A stretch of DNA of 19,700 nt, from NCBI GenBank assembly GCA_045105515.1, contig JBGCDR010000196.1, positions 1 through 19,700 of the forward strand, read 5' to 3'. The notes beneath the pieces were generated by a model that was not told where the DNA came from, searched no databases, and was given only the letters and a program-made list of their open reading frames with translations. Below are positions 1 to 8,545 of the stretch, piece after piece (the stretch's first letter is position 1; the number at the start of each line of letters is the position of its first letter). Source of the stretch: Oligoflexales bacterium (lineage in GTDB: Bacteria > Bdellovibrionota_B > Oligoflexia > Oligoflexales > Bog-1112). Made by a program: the position numbers and the translations under genes.

Positions 1-139
1 TTTTAATAAAAGTGAGCCATTTTTTTTAAGTTTTTTCTTCCTATATTTTTTTTATCTAGTCACTTTTGGTACTGCGGCTTAGAATTTTTCTGACCTATTT
101 AATGAAAAATTGGAAAAAATCTTATTTGAATCAGCCCTG
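1..139 (-). mobile_element. Possible terminus of an IS element (ISAs1-like CAGGG end) running off the left edge
   Basis: The minus strand reads CAGGGCTGATTCAAATAAG from 139 to 121. Coding-like sequence switches abruptly to very AT-rich sequence here, and the lipoprotein ORF ends 13 codons later in an atypical tail. No transposase or second end is in the window. Confidence 0.35.
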
Positions 140-1322
140 CTGCATCGGTATATCTAGTACCAGTATCGTCCCAGTATTCAAAGGTGCTTGCTGTTTTAAT
201 TCGTGCTGAGAACAAAGCTGTTGTGATATCCAATGCACCACCAGCATCCTTTGCAGACAAATCCATAGTTTTGTAAGTTGATGTGGCTACACAGCCCTCT
301 TGATTAGCCGTTGTGCAATCACTGTAAACTACATTACTTGTAATACCCTGAATGCCTGCGACTGTTTCTCCAGATACGATTTTCGAAGCTAGGGTATTGC
401 TGTCAGCAGCAGGAAAAGAAGTGTTCGATACACAGTTTTTTTGACCATCTGAGTTACATTGTCCGAGGCTGCCACTGATCCCGGCAATTGTCTTTCCTGC
501 AAGAATATTCTCAGCCTTTAAATTGCTAAGATCTAAGGTCCCGGTAACCCCACAGATTTCAGTGTCAGATGTAAATTTCGATGGTTCAAGGTTTTCCGGG
601 CATTTCTGAGAATCGCTTACTTGTTCGTCTACCAAGCCATCTTCAATTGGTTCATCTTCTACCACTTCATCCGGAAAATCTGCTTTAGGTTGGACATTTC
701 TAGTAGACTCTATTTCTTTGTTTAGAGCACCAGAAAACTCAAAAGCTGCTAACTGGAAAGATGCCTTAGTGTAGTTACCCTCAGTGACAAAATCGAAGCT
801 TGCAATTAGCTCTTTAACAGAGATATCTGATGTAGGCACCACACCAATCTTTGGTCCATTATTGGTTTCGAGAATATAGATGGATATAAATATTTTGCCA
901 AGACCAGCTGATAGTGAAAGGTTTTCGTTCATTTCTAGCGCAATACTAAGAGGCACCGATCCTTCTATTTCTGTCGAAGAACTTATATTCACAGGCTTAC
1001 TGTAAGGAACATAGTCCTCTTCTAATCCAAGGTCTTGTTTAGATTTCGCATCTACAATGTCAACTCCCTCTTCCATGCTGACTTCACTCTCTGCAGCAAA
1101 AGCACCAGGCAGGAACACAGCATTACTCTGACCTAGATTGCTAGATTCGCCTGCGGTTAGTTTTTGTGGTTTTGTAGAATCGGGGGAAATAGCAGCAACA
1201 ATCTTGCCACCTTCATCTTTTATAATAGGAGCTACTTCAGCTTCCTCTACCTTTGGTTCAGTTTCCATTGGTTTGCACCCGAATACGAGGGCTACCATTG
1301 GGATGATATTAAGTAGCTTCAT
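99..1322 (-). CDS. Lipoprotein with acidic N-terminal region and Cys-pair repeats; probably 3'-truncated
   Basis: Signal peptide with lipobox LVFG-C15. Internal repeats C-x6-CV (CNSDGQKNCV / CTTANQEGCV) and ILAGKTIAGISG / IVSGETVAGIQG. Confidence 0.75.
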   Translation of the reverse strand: MKLLNIIPMVALVFGCKPMETEPKVEEAEVAPIIKDEGGKIVAAISPDSTKPQKLTAGESSNLGQSNAVFLPGAFAAESEVSMEEGVDIVDAKSKQDLGLEEDYVPYSKPVNISSSTEIEGSVPLSIALEMNENLSLSAGLGKIFISIYILETNNGPKIGVVPTSDISVKELIASFDFVTEGNYTKASFQLAAFEFSGALNKEIESTRNVQPKADFPDEVVEDEPIEDGLVDEQVSDSQKCPENLEPSKFTSDTEICGVTGTLDLSNLKAENILAGKTIAGISGSLGQCNSDGQKNCVSNTSFPAADSNTLASKIVSGETVAGIQGITSNVVYSDCTTANQEGCVATSTYKTMDLSAKDAGGALDITTALFSARIKTASTFEYWDDTGTRYTDAAGLIQIRFFPIFH

Positions 1323-1662
1323 ATCTTAAACTCATAAGCGTTTGCTCTAAATATCGTATCGTAGCAAATTTATAATAATTTAGATCGAATATATTTTTCT
1401 CATATAATCAAATGCTTGTGGTGTGGAAGGGTTATTTCTGAAAACTATCTAAGATAAATCCTGACATTTAGATCCGGGATGGGTTTAGTATAGCCGTCAA
1501 AAGAAAAAATATTTTTTCGTTTTTCTGTGCTAGTTGTACCCAATTTTAAAAACCTTAAATTGTATTTCGTAGGTGATAATTAACAATAGTGGGATTGATT
1601 ATGAAATTTATTAAGGCTGAAAAATATTACCAATACTTTTATAAAAAAGAGGAGTTAAAAAC

Positions 1663-1809
1663 ATGAAGGATAAGACATTCGCAGCACTATTTACATTTTT
1701 ATTAGTGGTATTGGCTTTAAGCCTGTCGTTGCTAGATTTTTGTAGACCAAGAGAATTGCCGTTAGACCCTGGAAATGAAGTCGAACTATACGCCTTTGGA
1801 GGAAATTAG
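1663..1809 (+). CDS. Small 48-aa membrane-anchored or secreted protein (not in the ORF track)
   Basis: RBS AGAGGAG just upstream of ATG1663. Reads MKDKTFAALFTFLLVVLALSLSLLDFCRPRELPLDPGNEVELYAFGGN*, with one hydrophobic helix. Confidence 0.55.
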   Translation: MKDKTFAALFTFLLVVLALSLSLLDFCRPRELPLDPGNEVELYAFGGN

Positions 1810-1898
1810 ATGTAAGCGGGATTTGGAGCTTTCATGCTCATGCATAATAAGAAATATTACCTATAAATCAAGTGATTATCCGAGTACTGAGAAGGTGT

Positions 1899-2232
1899 CT
1901 AGGGTACGGGTTTACGGATCTCATCAATTACGCAACCATCCAAGAGCAAGGCAAGCTTACTTGCATCTATGGTTATCGATTTACTCTTTGACTTGGGCAT
2001 ATGGAAAAATCCTTTCTCTAATCTTTTAGTCAGTAAGCATGTACCAGTTCCGTCATAAAAATAGATTTTTGCTCTAGTCTTAGCCTTGTTAAAAAAGATA
2101 AAGACACCACCAGACCTTGGCTCAAAATCCATTTCTTTCTTTACTATATGGGCAAGCCTATCAGCTCCCCACCTTTCATCCACTAGATTGTTGTAGAGGA
2201 ATATTTTGACCATTTTTTGGTGCCACAATCAT
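1899..2232 (-). pseudogene. tnpB: IS66 accessory protein TnpB (Orf2), frameshifted near its start
   Basis: Motifs KIFLYNNLVDERWGADRL, VFIFFNK..TRAKIYFYDGTG.CLLTKRLEKG.F and LALLLDG. The likely start ATG2232 overlaps the tnpA stop (ATGA) and is one base out of frame at the A6 run 2213-2218. Confidence 0.85.
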
Positions 2233-2651
2233 AATGAAATACTCGGAAATATGTTCTTACGGATCGACTCAACCTGCGATTGTTTGCCAATAAATTTGAT
2301 GAGCTGGACCTCGATTAAGTCAAAATCGGGGTTGTTTTTAGGTAGGTTATTATCTTCATAGTTTACATGAATAAACTGAGATTGTGGTTCTTGAGTATCT
2401 TCTATTTTTTTAATTGGGTTAGGCTTTTTGATTTTTTGCTGATTAATTTTTATGTTGCTAGACTTAAGTCACTTGGATAAACACTGGGTTGAAATTCCTA
2501 AGTTCTCGGACAGCTCGCCAATTTTTTTATCTTGGTTTTGACTTATATATTTGAGGGCCTGTGCTTTGATATTCGCAGGATATATATACTTACCACTTTT
2601 ACTTTTTTCCTTAATCCGACTAATGCGCCGAGCCAAGCTTTCCAGATCCAT
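2229..2651 (-). pseudogene. tnpA: IS66 TnpA-like HTH protein with an internal stop
   Basis: RBS GGAGG; HTH-like segment YPANIKAQA...ELSENLGISTQCLSK. TGA at 2471-2469 sits where Trp is expected, and the frame stays open (…SQFIHV…) to TGA 2231-2229, coupled to tnpB. Confidence 0.7.
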
Positions 2652-2723
2652 GATACCTCCTTAATTTTATAAGTAGATAATCATGTAGCAATTAAACCGA
2701 CAACCTTCCCCTATATCAACCTG

Positions 2724-2945
2724 TTACCTATATTCCATGTCTTCAGTATAAATTGATAAAGCGCTTCGCCAGTCGCCATTTGGAACCATTAGGGCAAAAC
2801 GTGCATTTTTTAAGCGCTGTTGCTGTAGTTCCGATGCTTCAGATTCAACAAGCTGCTCTCCATAAGTCAGGGGGGAGATCCCACATAGAACAAGGAGAAA
2901 TACAGAAAAAAGGTGATTTAGAGTCCACGAATTTTGCTTAGACAT
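2724..2945 (-). pseudogene. 5' fragment of a secreted protein, possibly SnoaL/NTF2-like, truncated by IS66
   Basis: GAGG RBS before ATG2945 and a signal-peptide-like N-terminus. Ends ALSIYTEDMEYR, which resembles the SnoaL-like Y-x-x-D-x-x-[FY]-x-D-P motif. The stop codon is supplied by the IS GTAA end. Confidence 0.55.
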
Positions 2946-3190
2946 TTTCAACCTCATTAATTAGATTAAATATTTTCTTTTATATTTCGAATCAATACAT
3001 TTTTTCAATACGAAATTTTATACTAAGATATTGGGGCAAGATTTTTTTTTGGTTGAATTAGCAAAAATCTTGCAATAGAAGTGAAAAATAGAGAGGATAA
3101 AGACAGTTTCAAACTATCCTGTCTTTATTTTGCTCATTTTTGGATTTAAAATGATACACTCAATTCAAAAACATTAGCTTTGGAGAAAAA

Positions 3191-3637
3191 ATGACAAAGA
3201 AAATTCTATTCTTAGTGTTTAGCTTTGGACTAAGTAATATTGCATCAGCCAATGTAGGATTTAAGTCCTTAAAGAGTAAACTTACAGTTGAAAATGCCTA
3301 CAAAAAAGTCGAAGAAAAAATCAATTCTCTAGGTTTTACTGTGTTTGCAAAAATTGATCATCAAGCTAATGCTAAAAAGGCGGGACTTAATTTACCCCCA
3401 AATATAGTAATTATTTTTGGGAAAGCAAAAGCTGGTACTAAGCTCATGTTAGAAAGCCCAGAAGTCGGTTTTGACCTCCCTTTAAAAATCCAAATATATA
3501 AAAGCGAAAAGGGTTCGGCTATTAACTATCCCGATGTTAGTCTTTTTAAGAAAAAATACCAGATTAAAAAAGAAACAATGATTTTGTCAAAAATTGAAGG
3601 CGTTCTTTCTAAAATAGCTACATATGCAAGTAAATAA
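3191..3637 (+). CDS. DUF302 domain-containing exported protein
   Basis: Signal peptide (ASA). Motifs GFTVFAKIDHQANAKKAGL, IIFG.AKAGTKLM and GFDLPLKI. RBS GGAG. Confidence 0.9.
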   Translation: MTKKILFLVFSFGLSNIASANVGFKSLKSKLTVENAYKKVEEKINSLGFTVFAKIDHQANAKKAGLNLPPNIVIIFGKAKAGTKLMLESPEVGFDLPLKIQIYKSEKGSAINYPDVSLFKKKYQIKKETMILSKIEGVLSKIATYASK

Positions 3638-3897
3638 TAACTCTTACAAGAGAAAATCCTCGATGGGAGTAACGTAAAGAAACATCTTCCTAAGAGTTTT
3701 ACCCGATTTTAGAGTAGAATCAGTTTCCAAGCAACCATTACACTTGCCAGCACTCCTTTTGTTTTTTATCTTGATCTATCACTAGTACTATTGTATAGCG
3801 TTTTTGATTTTCCTCATAAAATCAATTTATGAGACTTTTTATCAAATGCTTAACTCATTTAAGTTAAACTAGAACAAATTAGTACACTGGTGATACA

Positions 3898-4692
3898 ATG
3901 ACAAAATTTTTTATTTCCATATTTATGATCGAAATGTTGATTGGTAATATTTGCACGGCCACAACTGTAAAGAACCAAGCATCGAAAAATAAAAAGGCAA
4001 ATATAAAGGAATTTCGCACGAAGCGACAAGTTCACCAAGGGGTATTAGAATATCAAATTGGAGTAGAAAAATTTAACAAGAGATCATTCAAAGAAGCTGC
4101 AGGTTATTTTTCATCGGCTGCCAAGAAAGGTCTAGCTGATGCTCAATATTCACTCGGATTTATGTTCGAATATGGTCAAGGTGTTAAGAAAAACTATGAG
4201 ACTGCTGCCCATCTTTTAGCACTTGCTACAAAGCAAGGACACATGAAAGCACAATATTCTCTTGGATTTAAGTACCAGCACGGTCAAGGTGTTGAGCAAA
4301 ACTCTGTAAAAGCCGTTCGACTTTTAACTCCAGTTGCCAAGAGAGGGTATGCTAAAGCTCAGCATGCACTCGGTACGATGTATGAAAATGGAGTTGGTGT
4401 TGAGCAAGACTATGAAACTGCTGTCCATCTTTTCGTACTTGCTATCAAGCAAGGATTCGCCAGAGCTTATTATGCTCTTGGTTTGATGTACGAAAATGGC
4501 AAAAGCGTTGAGCAAGATACAGAAATGGCGATTAAACTTTTCACACACGCTGCTAGTCGAGGTTATGCTAGAGCTCAAGATAAAATGGAGACATATGGTA
4601 GAAAACATAGCACTCCATCCTACCTTGAAGAAAAATCTCTGCAAGAAAACTTGAAAGATCTTGAATGTACATTTAGCGAATTAGATTTATAA
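3898..4692 (+). CDS. Sel1-like repeat (TPR) exported protein
   Basis: Four complete 36-aa SLRs (AQYSLGxMYxxGxGVEQD...A..G) after a hydrophobic N-terminus. Confidence 0.92.
   Translation: MTKFFISIFMIEMLIGNICTATTVKNQASKNKKANIKEFRTKRQVHQGVLEYQIGVEKFNKRSFKEAAGYFSSAAKKGLADAQYSLGFMFEYGQGVKKNYETAAHLLALATKQGHMKAQYSLGFKYQHGQGVEQNSVKAVRLLTPVAKRGYAKAQHALGTMYENGVGVEQDYETAVHLFVLAIKQGFARAYYALGLMYENGKSVEQDTEMAIKLFTHAASRGYARAQDKMETYGRKHSTPSYLEEKSLQENLKDLECTFSELDL
4135..4566 (+). repeat. Four degenerate 108-bp Sel1 coding repeats
   Basis: Units start at 4135, 4243, 4351 and 4459. Confidence 0.85.
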
Positions 4693-4967
4693 CTTACTTC
4701 TTATTTAATCATTCTAGTAAATCTACCTAAACTCGAACATTTTTGGGCAAGGCATAAATCCAAAAATAACGACTTAAATTAGACTTCGTGAATAATGGTT
4801 TTTCTGATTTAACTATTTCTTGTTTGAGACCACTCGGCTTCCACCTTCCTCTTGCGCTTGAACAAATCACTTGGGGTTTGTTAAAATATTTAATTATGCC
4901 ATAATTTAAATATTCGAGAGTTGAGTATTATACTAGTTAATTCCTGCAAATAATAAAAAGTGACTTG

Positions 4968-4987
4968 TTACTTTACAAGTAAAGTAA
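4968..4987. promoter_or_regulatory. Inverted repeat, candidate operator upstream of the SemiSWEET-MDH operon
   Basis: TTACTTTAC-AA-GTAAAGTAA (9-2-9), about 115 bp before ATG5104. Confidence 0.4.
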
Positions 4988-5103
4988 ATTTATTTATCTT
5001 TTTTTATACATAATAAAATATATATTTTTAAGTATTTAACCTTTATCAGTGGCCACCTATAACAAGGTTATTATAATATTAATGGATATTTGCAGAGGTA
5101 ATT

Positions 5104-5396
5104 ATGAACCCAGCTAGCATAACGGAATTATTAGGATGGATGGCTTGTATTATTACTATAATTTATACAACGCTAGGACTTCCTGCACAAATAAAAAAAA
5201 TATTGATAATAAAAATACCTCTGGCTTATCCCTTTTCTTGTTCATTATACTTTCTTTTACCTTTGTATCTTGGGTTACCTATGGAATTTATAAACCAGAC
5301 TGGTTTATTGTTATCCCTAATGGATTAGGCGCTGTTTTTGCTATTGTTTTAGTATTTCAAATTTTTTACTATGGGAGAAAAAATGAACTTAAATAG
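5104..5396 (+). pseudogene. SemiSWEET / PQ-loop sugar transporter, frameshifted at an A8 run
   Basis: Adding one A at 5193-5200 joins the two ORFs into about 97 aa: MNPASITELLGW...GLPAQIKKNIDNKNTSGLSL...SWVTYGIYKPDWFIVIPNGLG. This has 3 TM helices, the T-x-x-LS motif and the conserved W and N. Confidence 0.85.
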
Positions 5397-6858
5397 GGAG
5401 ACATTAAAAAATTTTATGTCAAGCAATGATTTTCTACCTAGTCATATACTTACAAGTGGAATTATACACTTTGGTGTTGGTGGATTTCATAGGGCTCATG
5501 AAGCTGTTTATACTGAAGATGCGATGCTAAAAAGCAAAGATTATAATTGGGGCATCGTCGGTATTGAAGTCATGCCTAGTGGTAAATTAATGAATCAAGT
5601 TATGAAGGAGCAAGATTGTCTTTATACGCTGATGACAAGGCCTTCTAATGGTAAACCTAAAATAAGAGTCATTAGTTCTATTCACGAATATATTTATAAA
5701 TACGATAGTGATGACAAAATTGATCAGATTTCTAGGCAATTTTTGAATGAAGATATTAAGATTATCTCTCTTACAATTACTGAAGGGGGTTATAATATCA
5801 ATCAAAGGACAGGGGATTTTAACCTAGATGATGATTTAATAAAACAAGATATACAAAACTTTGATGATCCGAAAACCATATTTGGGCACTTGGCAAAGGG
5901 AATAAGACAAAGAAAAAATACAATTGGAAAAGGTGTGACCTTTTTGAGTTGTGATAATATCCAACACAATGGGGATATGACAAAAAAAATGTTTCTAACA
6001 TTTTTAGAACATTCCGATAGAGATTTGATGAAATGGGTGGAAGAAAATTGTAGCTTCCCAAACTCTATGGTAGATCGCATCACCCCTAAAACGACAGAAG
6101 AAGATAAAAAGACGCTCAGATCCTTGACAGATATAGATGACTTATGGCCAGTAACAAGTGAACCATTTTCGCAGTGGATAATTGAAGATAATTTTATAGA
6201 AGGTCGTCCTCAATGGGAATTAGCGGGCGCACAATTTGTTGATGATGTTTCACCTTATGAAAAAATGAAGTTAAGATTATTGAATGCTAGTCATCAAGCA
6301 CTGAGTTATTTTGGATTTTTGATAGGTTATAGATATGTTCATGAAGCTGCACTTGATCCAGTAATAAATAAATTTGTTCGATACTATATGAAGAATGAAG
6401 TAGTCAAAACCCTCGATCCGGTTCCAGGCGTTAATATTGAGGAATACCAGAATTCTATTTTAGAGAGGTTTTCAAATCCTAATATAAAAGATACTCTAAG
6501 TAGAAATTGTGAAAACACTAGCGACAGAATTCCTGTATTCAACATTCCCACTATGGTAGAACAGATAGGTCATAGCAAAGAGTTGAATGCTTCTGCTATG
6601 ATTCTTGCTTCATGGGCTATTTATGCACTAGGAAAAGACGAGCAGGGAAATGATATAAATATTATTGACAATAGAAAAGAAGAGATATTGACCGCATCAA
6701 ATAAAGCTGTAGCTAATCCAGAAAATTTTTTAAAGATCCAGGATTTATTTGGATGCTTAGCCAGCGATGAACAATTTGTTAAAAATTTCATTAGATATTA
6801 CCATGAAATTAAAGAAAAAGGTTGTTTAAAAACTATCTCTGACTTTCTTCAATTATGA
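5383..6858 (+). CDS. Mannitol dehydrogenase family protein (long-chain, mannitol 2-dehydrogenase/MtlK-like)
   Basis: Motifs HFGVGGFHRAH, SLTITEGGY, LSCDN, FPNSMVDRITP, EPFSQWIIED, KLRLLNASH and RFSNP. The likely start is ATG5383 after GGGAG. Confidence 0.95.
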   Translation: MNLNRETLKNFMSSNDFLPSHILTSGIIHFGVGGFHRAHEAVYTEDAMLKSKDYNWGIVGIEVMPSGKLMNQVMKEQDCLYTLMTRPSNGKPKIRVISSIHEYIYKYDSDDKIDQISRQFLNEDIKIISLTITEGGYNINQRTGDFNLDDDLIKQDIQNFDDPKTIFGHLAKGIRQRKNTIGKGVTFLSCDNIQHNGDMTKKMFLTFLEHSDRDLMKWVEENCSFPNSMVDRITPKTTEEDKKTLRSLTDIDDLWPVTSEPFSQWIIEDNFIEGRPQWELAGAQFVDDVSPYEKMKLRLLNASHQALSYFGFLIGYRYVHEAALDPVINKFVRYYMKNEVVKTLDPVPGVNIEEYQNSILERFSNPNIKDTLSRNCENTSDRIPVFNIPTMVEQIGHSKELNASAMILASWAIYALGKDEQGNDINIIDNRKEEILTASNKAVANPENFLKIQDLFGCLASDEQFVKNFIRYYHEIKEKGCLKTISDFLQL

Positions 6859-7031
6859 TGCAATAAAGTAGCGAAAGCATGCAAACTCGTTAGGGGTTCC
6901 AAAACCTTCGGGGCGATTGAGCTTCAATGATGTAAATCGGATCTGTAAGCAAACTGAATCAAAAAATGACCAAAGTGAAGCAGTTGATTGGAGCAGGAAG
7001 CGTTCTGGTTAGTCTGTCTATTTAGACCTTA

Positions 7032-7101
7032 TCAAATAAATATTTATTTGACATTTCAAACTATTGGTTTAATCTAAAACTATGTCATATATGACATAGT
7101 T
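7032..7101 (+). promoter_or_regulatory. Promoter with two perfect palindromes; the proximal one is a probable MarR operator
   Basis: TTGACA at 7048-7053; 20-bp palindrome TCAAATAAATATTTATTTGA (7032-7051); 24-bp palindrome AACTATGTCATATATGACATAGTT (7078-7101) ending 2 bp before GTG7104. Confidence 0.75.
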
Positions 7102-7103
7102 AG

Positions 7104-7532
7104 GTGGCCAAAGTGGATAAGAGACTATTCTTCTTAATGAATACTGCACAACATACACTGCATAGTTTTATAAACAGTAAATGCGAGCGTTCCTTGGGGA
7201 TTTCCGTTACACAGGTCGCGACTCTTCTTTATATTGCTAAGAAACCAGGATGCAGTCAGAAAGATATCACTGGTGTATTGGCGCTACAACATACTGCGGT
7301 GGTTGGCCTTCTTAAGAGAATGGAAAAAAACGATTTGATAAGTAAACAAATAAGGCCTAATGATAAGAGAACATCACAAATTTTTTTGACCGAAAAAGCG
7401 AAGAAAATCTTACCTGCAGCCCCACAATTAATTTCTCAGATGAATGAACTGATTGTTGAAGATTTTAGTAAGAACGAAATTGAGACTGTTACCCGATTTT
7501 TGAACAAGATTAAAAGTACCTTTGCTAAATAA
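7104..7532 (+). CDS. MarR family transcriptional regulator
   Basis: Winged-HTH features: GISVTQ..LLYI, SQKDI..L, LLKRMEKNDLI and DKRT..IFLTEK. Confidence 0.93.
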   Translation: MAKVDKRLFFLMNTAQHTLHSFINSKCERSLGISVTQVATLLYIAKKPGCSQKDITGVLALQHTAVVGLLKRMEKNDLISKQIRPNDKRTSQIFLTEKAKKILPAAPQLISQMNELIVEDFSKNEIETVTRFLNKIKSTFAK

Positions 7533-7550
7533 AACATGGGAGGTCGATTA

Positions 7551-8027
7551 GTGAAAACGATAGATATTTTTAATAAGCTAAGTCTCTTTCCTTATGGCAA
7601 TAAAGTGTTCACAACGATACTTTGTCGAAAGGCCCCCTATTTTGGCTCGATTGCACCTACTGTACAAGATCTTCGCCCTTCCTTTGCTAGCGCAACTATC
7701 AGAAATACAAAAAAGGTTCAAAATCACATGGGCTCTGTTCATGCGATCGCTATGTGTAATATGGCTGAGCTAGTCGGAGGATTGATGACTGAAGTTTCGA
7801 TTCCATCTTCAAAACGATGGATTCCATCTGGAATGAGCGTCGAGTATTTGAAAAAGGCTAAATCAGATTTGCGAGCAATAGCTAATGGGGAGAGTATTAA
7901 TTGGTCACAAGAAGGTAGTGCTTTTGTGCCAGTCGAAATCAAAGATACAAAAGGCGACTTGGTTTTTCGAGCTCGTATCGAAATGCGCATAAGTACAAAA
8001 CCTAGTCGGAAAAATCCAAAAGATTGA
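7551..8027 (+). CDS. Hotdog-fold thioesterase-like protein (DUF4442/PaaI-like)
   Basis: Motifs KAPYFGSIAP, VQNHMGSVHAIAMCNMAEL.GG and RWIP.GM.VEYLKKA. GGAGG precedes GTG7551; ATG7536 is an alternative start. Confidence 0.88.
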   Translation: MKTIDIFNKLSLFPYGNKVFTTILCRKAPYFGSIAPTVQDLRPSFASATIRNTKKVQNHMGSVHAIAMCNMAELVGGLMTEVSIPSSKRWIPSGMSVEYLKKAKSDLRAIANGESINWSQEGSAFVPVEIKDTKGDLVFRARIEMRISTKPSRKNPKD

Positions 8028-8181
8028 TGGATCACCAGCCATTCTCCTTAAATCCTCCTAACGGATGCATGGTACAAAACTAATAGATTCCTGGAACTTA
8101 GCAGTGAAAAGAGGGCCAGGAAAAGCTGTATTATATTAACTGTCATTATCCCCAATATTTTCTCAGACTTAGGAGTTTCAA

Positions 8182-8545
8182 TTGAGTGGTATATGGCATT
8201 TTATTATCTTCTTGATATTGTTTTGTATCAACACAATAGGATATGCTGAAAAAAATCAGTCTACCTTGTTACAGAAAATTACCTGCCTTTTTCATGAAGA
8301 ATTACTTAAAAAAGCTTGGGTTTTTGAAATTGTCAAAGAAGCGTTTGAAAGATGCGGTTATGTAGCAAAAATTGATTTTATTCCTTGGCAAATAGCGGTT
8401 CAAAACAAGATTTTTTTAATTAAAATCCCGCAATGATATTTCCTTTAGTGGTCGTATTAGATCATTAAAAAGTTATTCTATTGGGACGGGTAGAGGCTAT
8501 GTAAACAAGAGGAATTTGATGAGGTTGCTTATTTCAATAAACAAA
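8182..8545 (+). pseudogene. Eroded periplasmic substrate-binding protein (family 3-like)
   Basis: Signal peptide, then WVFEIVKEAFERCGYVAKIDFIPW. A downstream broken-frame fragment reads GRGYVN..EEFDEVAYFNKQ (about 8488-8545). Confidence 0.6.

Larger units (their letters stand above)
1892..2727 (-). mobile_element. IS66-family remnant (tnpA-tnpB, tnpC missing)
   Basis: A GTAA-type terminus (GTAACAGGTTG...) starts at 2727 on the minus strand, followed by tnpA-like and tnpB ORFs in canonical order. No TnpC and no matching target duplication were found. Confidence 0.8.

Noticed and set aside
1775..2029. 84-aa plus-strand ORF
   Set aside because: It is antisense to tnpB, overlaps the better-supported small ORF, and has no motif.
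2469..2471. In-frame TGA at an expected Trp in tnpA, as a sign of an alternative genetic code
   Set aside because: Other genes use TGG for Trp and end correctly at TGA (6858, 8027, 17796). A nonsense mutation in a dead IS is simpler.
3813..3833. Inverted repeat CTCATAAA-N5-TTTATGAG upstream of the Sel1 gene
   Set aside because: A weak AT-rich stem; terminator, operator and chance cannot be distinguished.
4780..4885. Coding-like minus-strand fragment (QTPSDLFKRKRKVEAEWSQTRNS*)
   Set aside because: Too short, with no start and no recognisable family.
6860..7020. GC-richer intergenic stretch as an ncRNA or terminator
   Set aside because: No convincing stem-loop or known RNA motif was found by eye.
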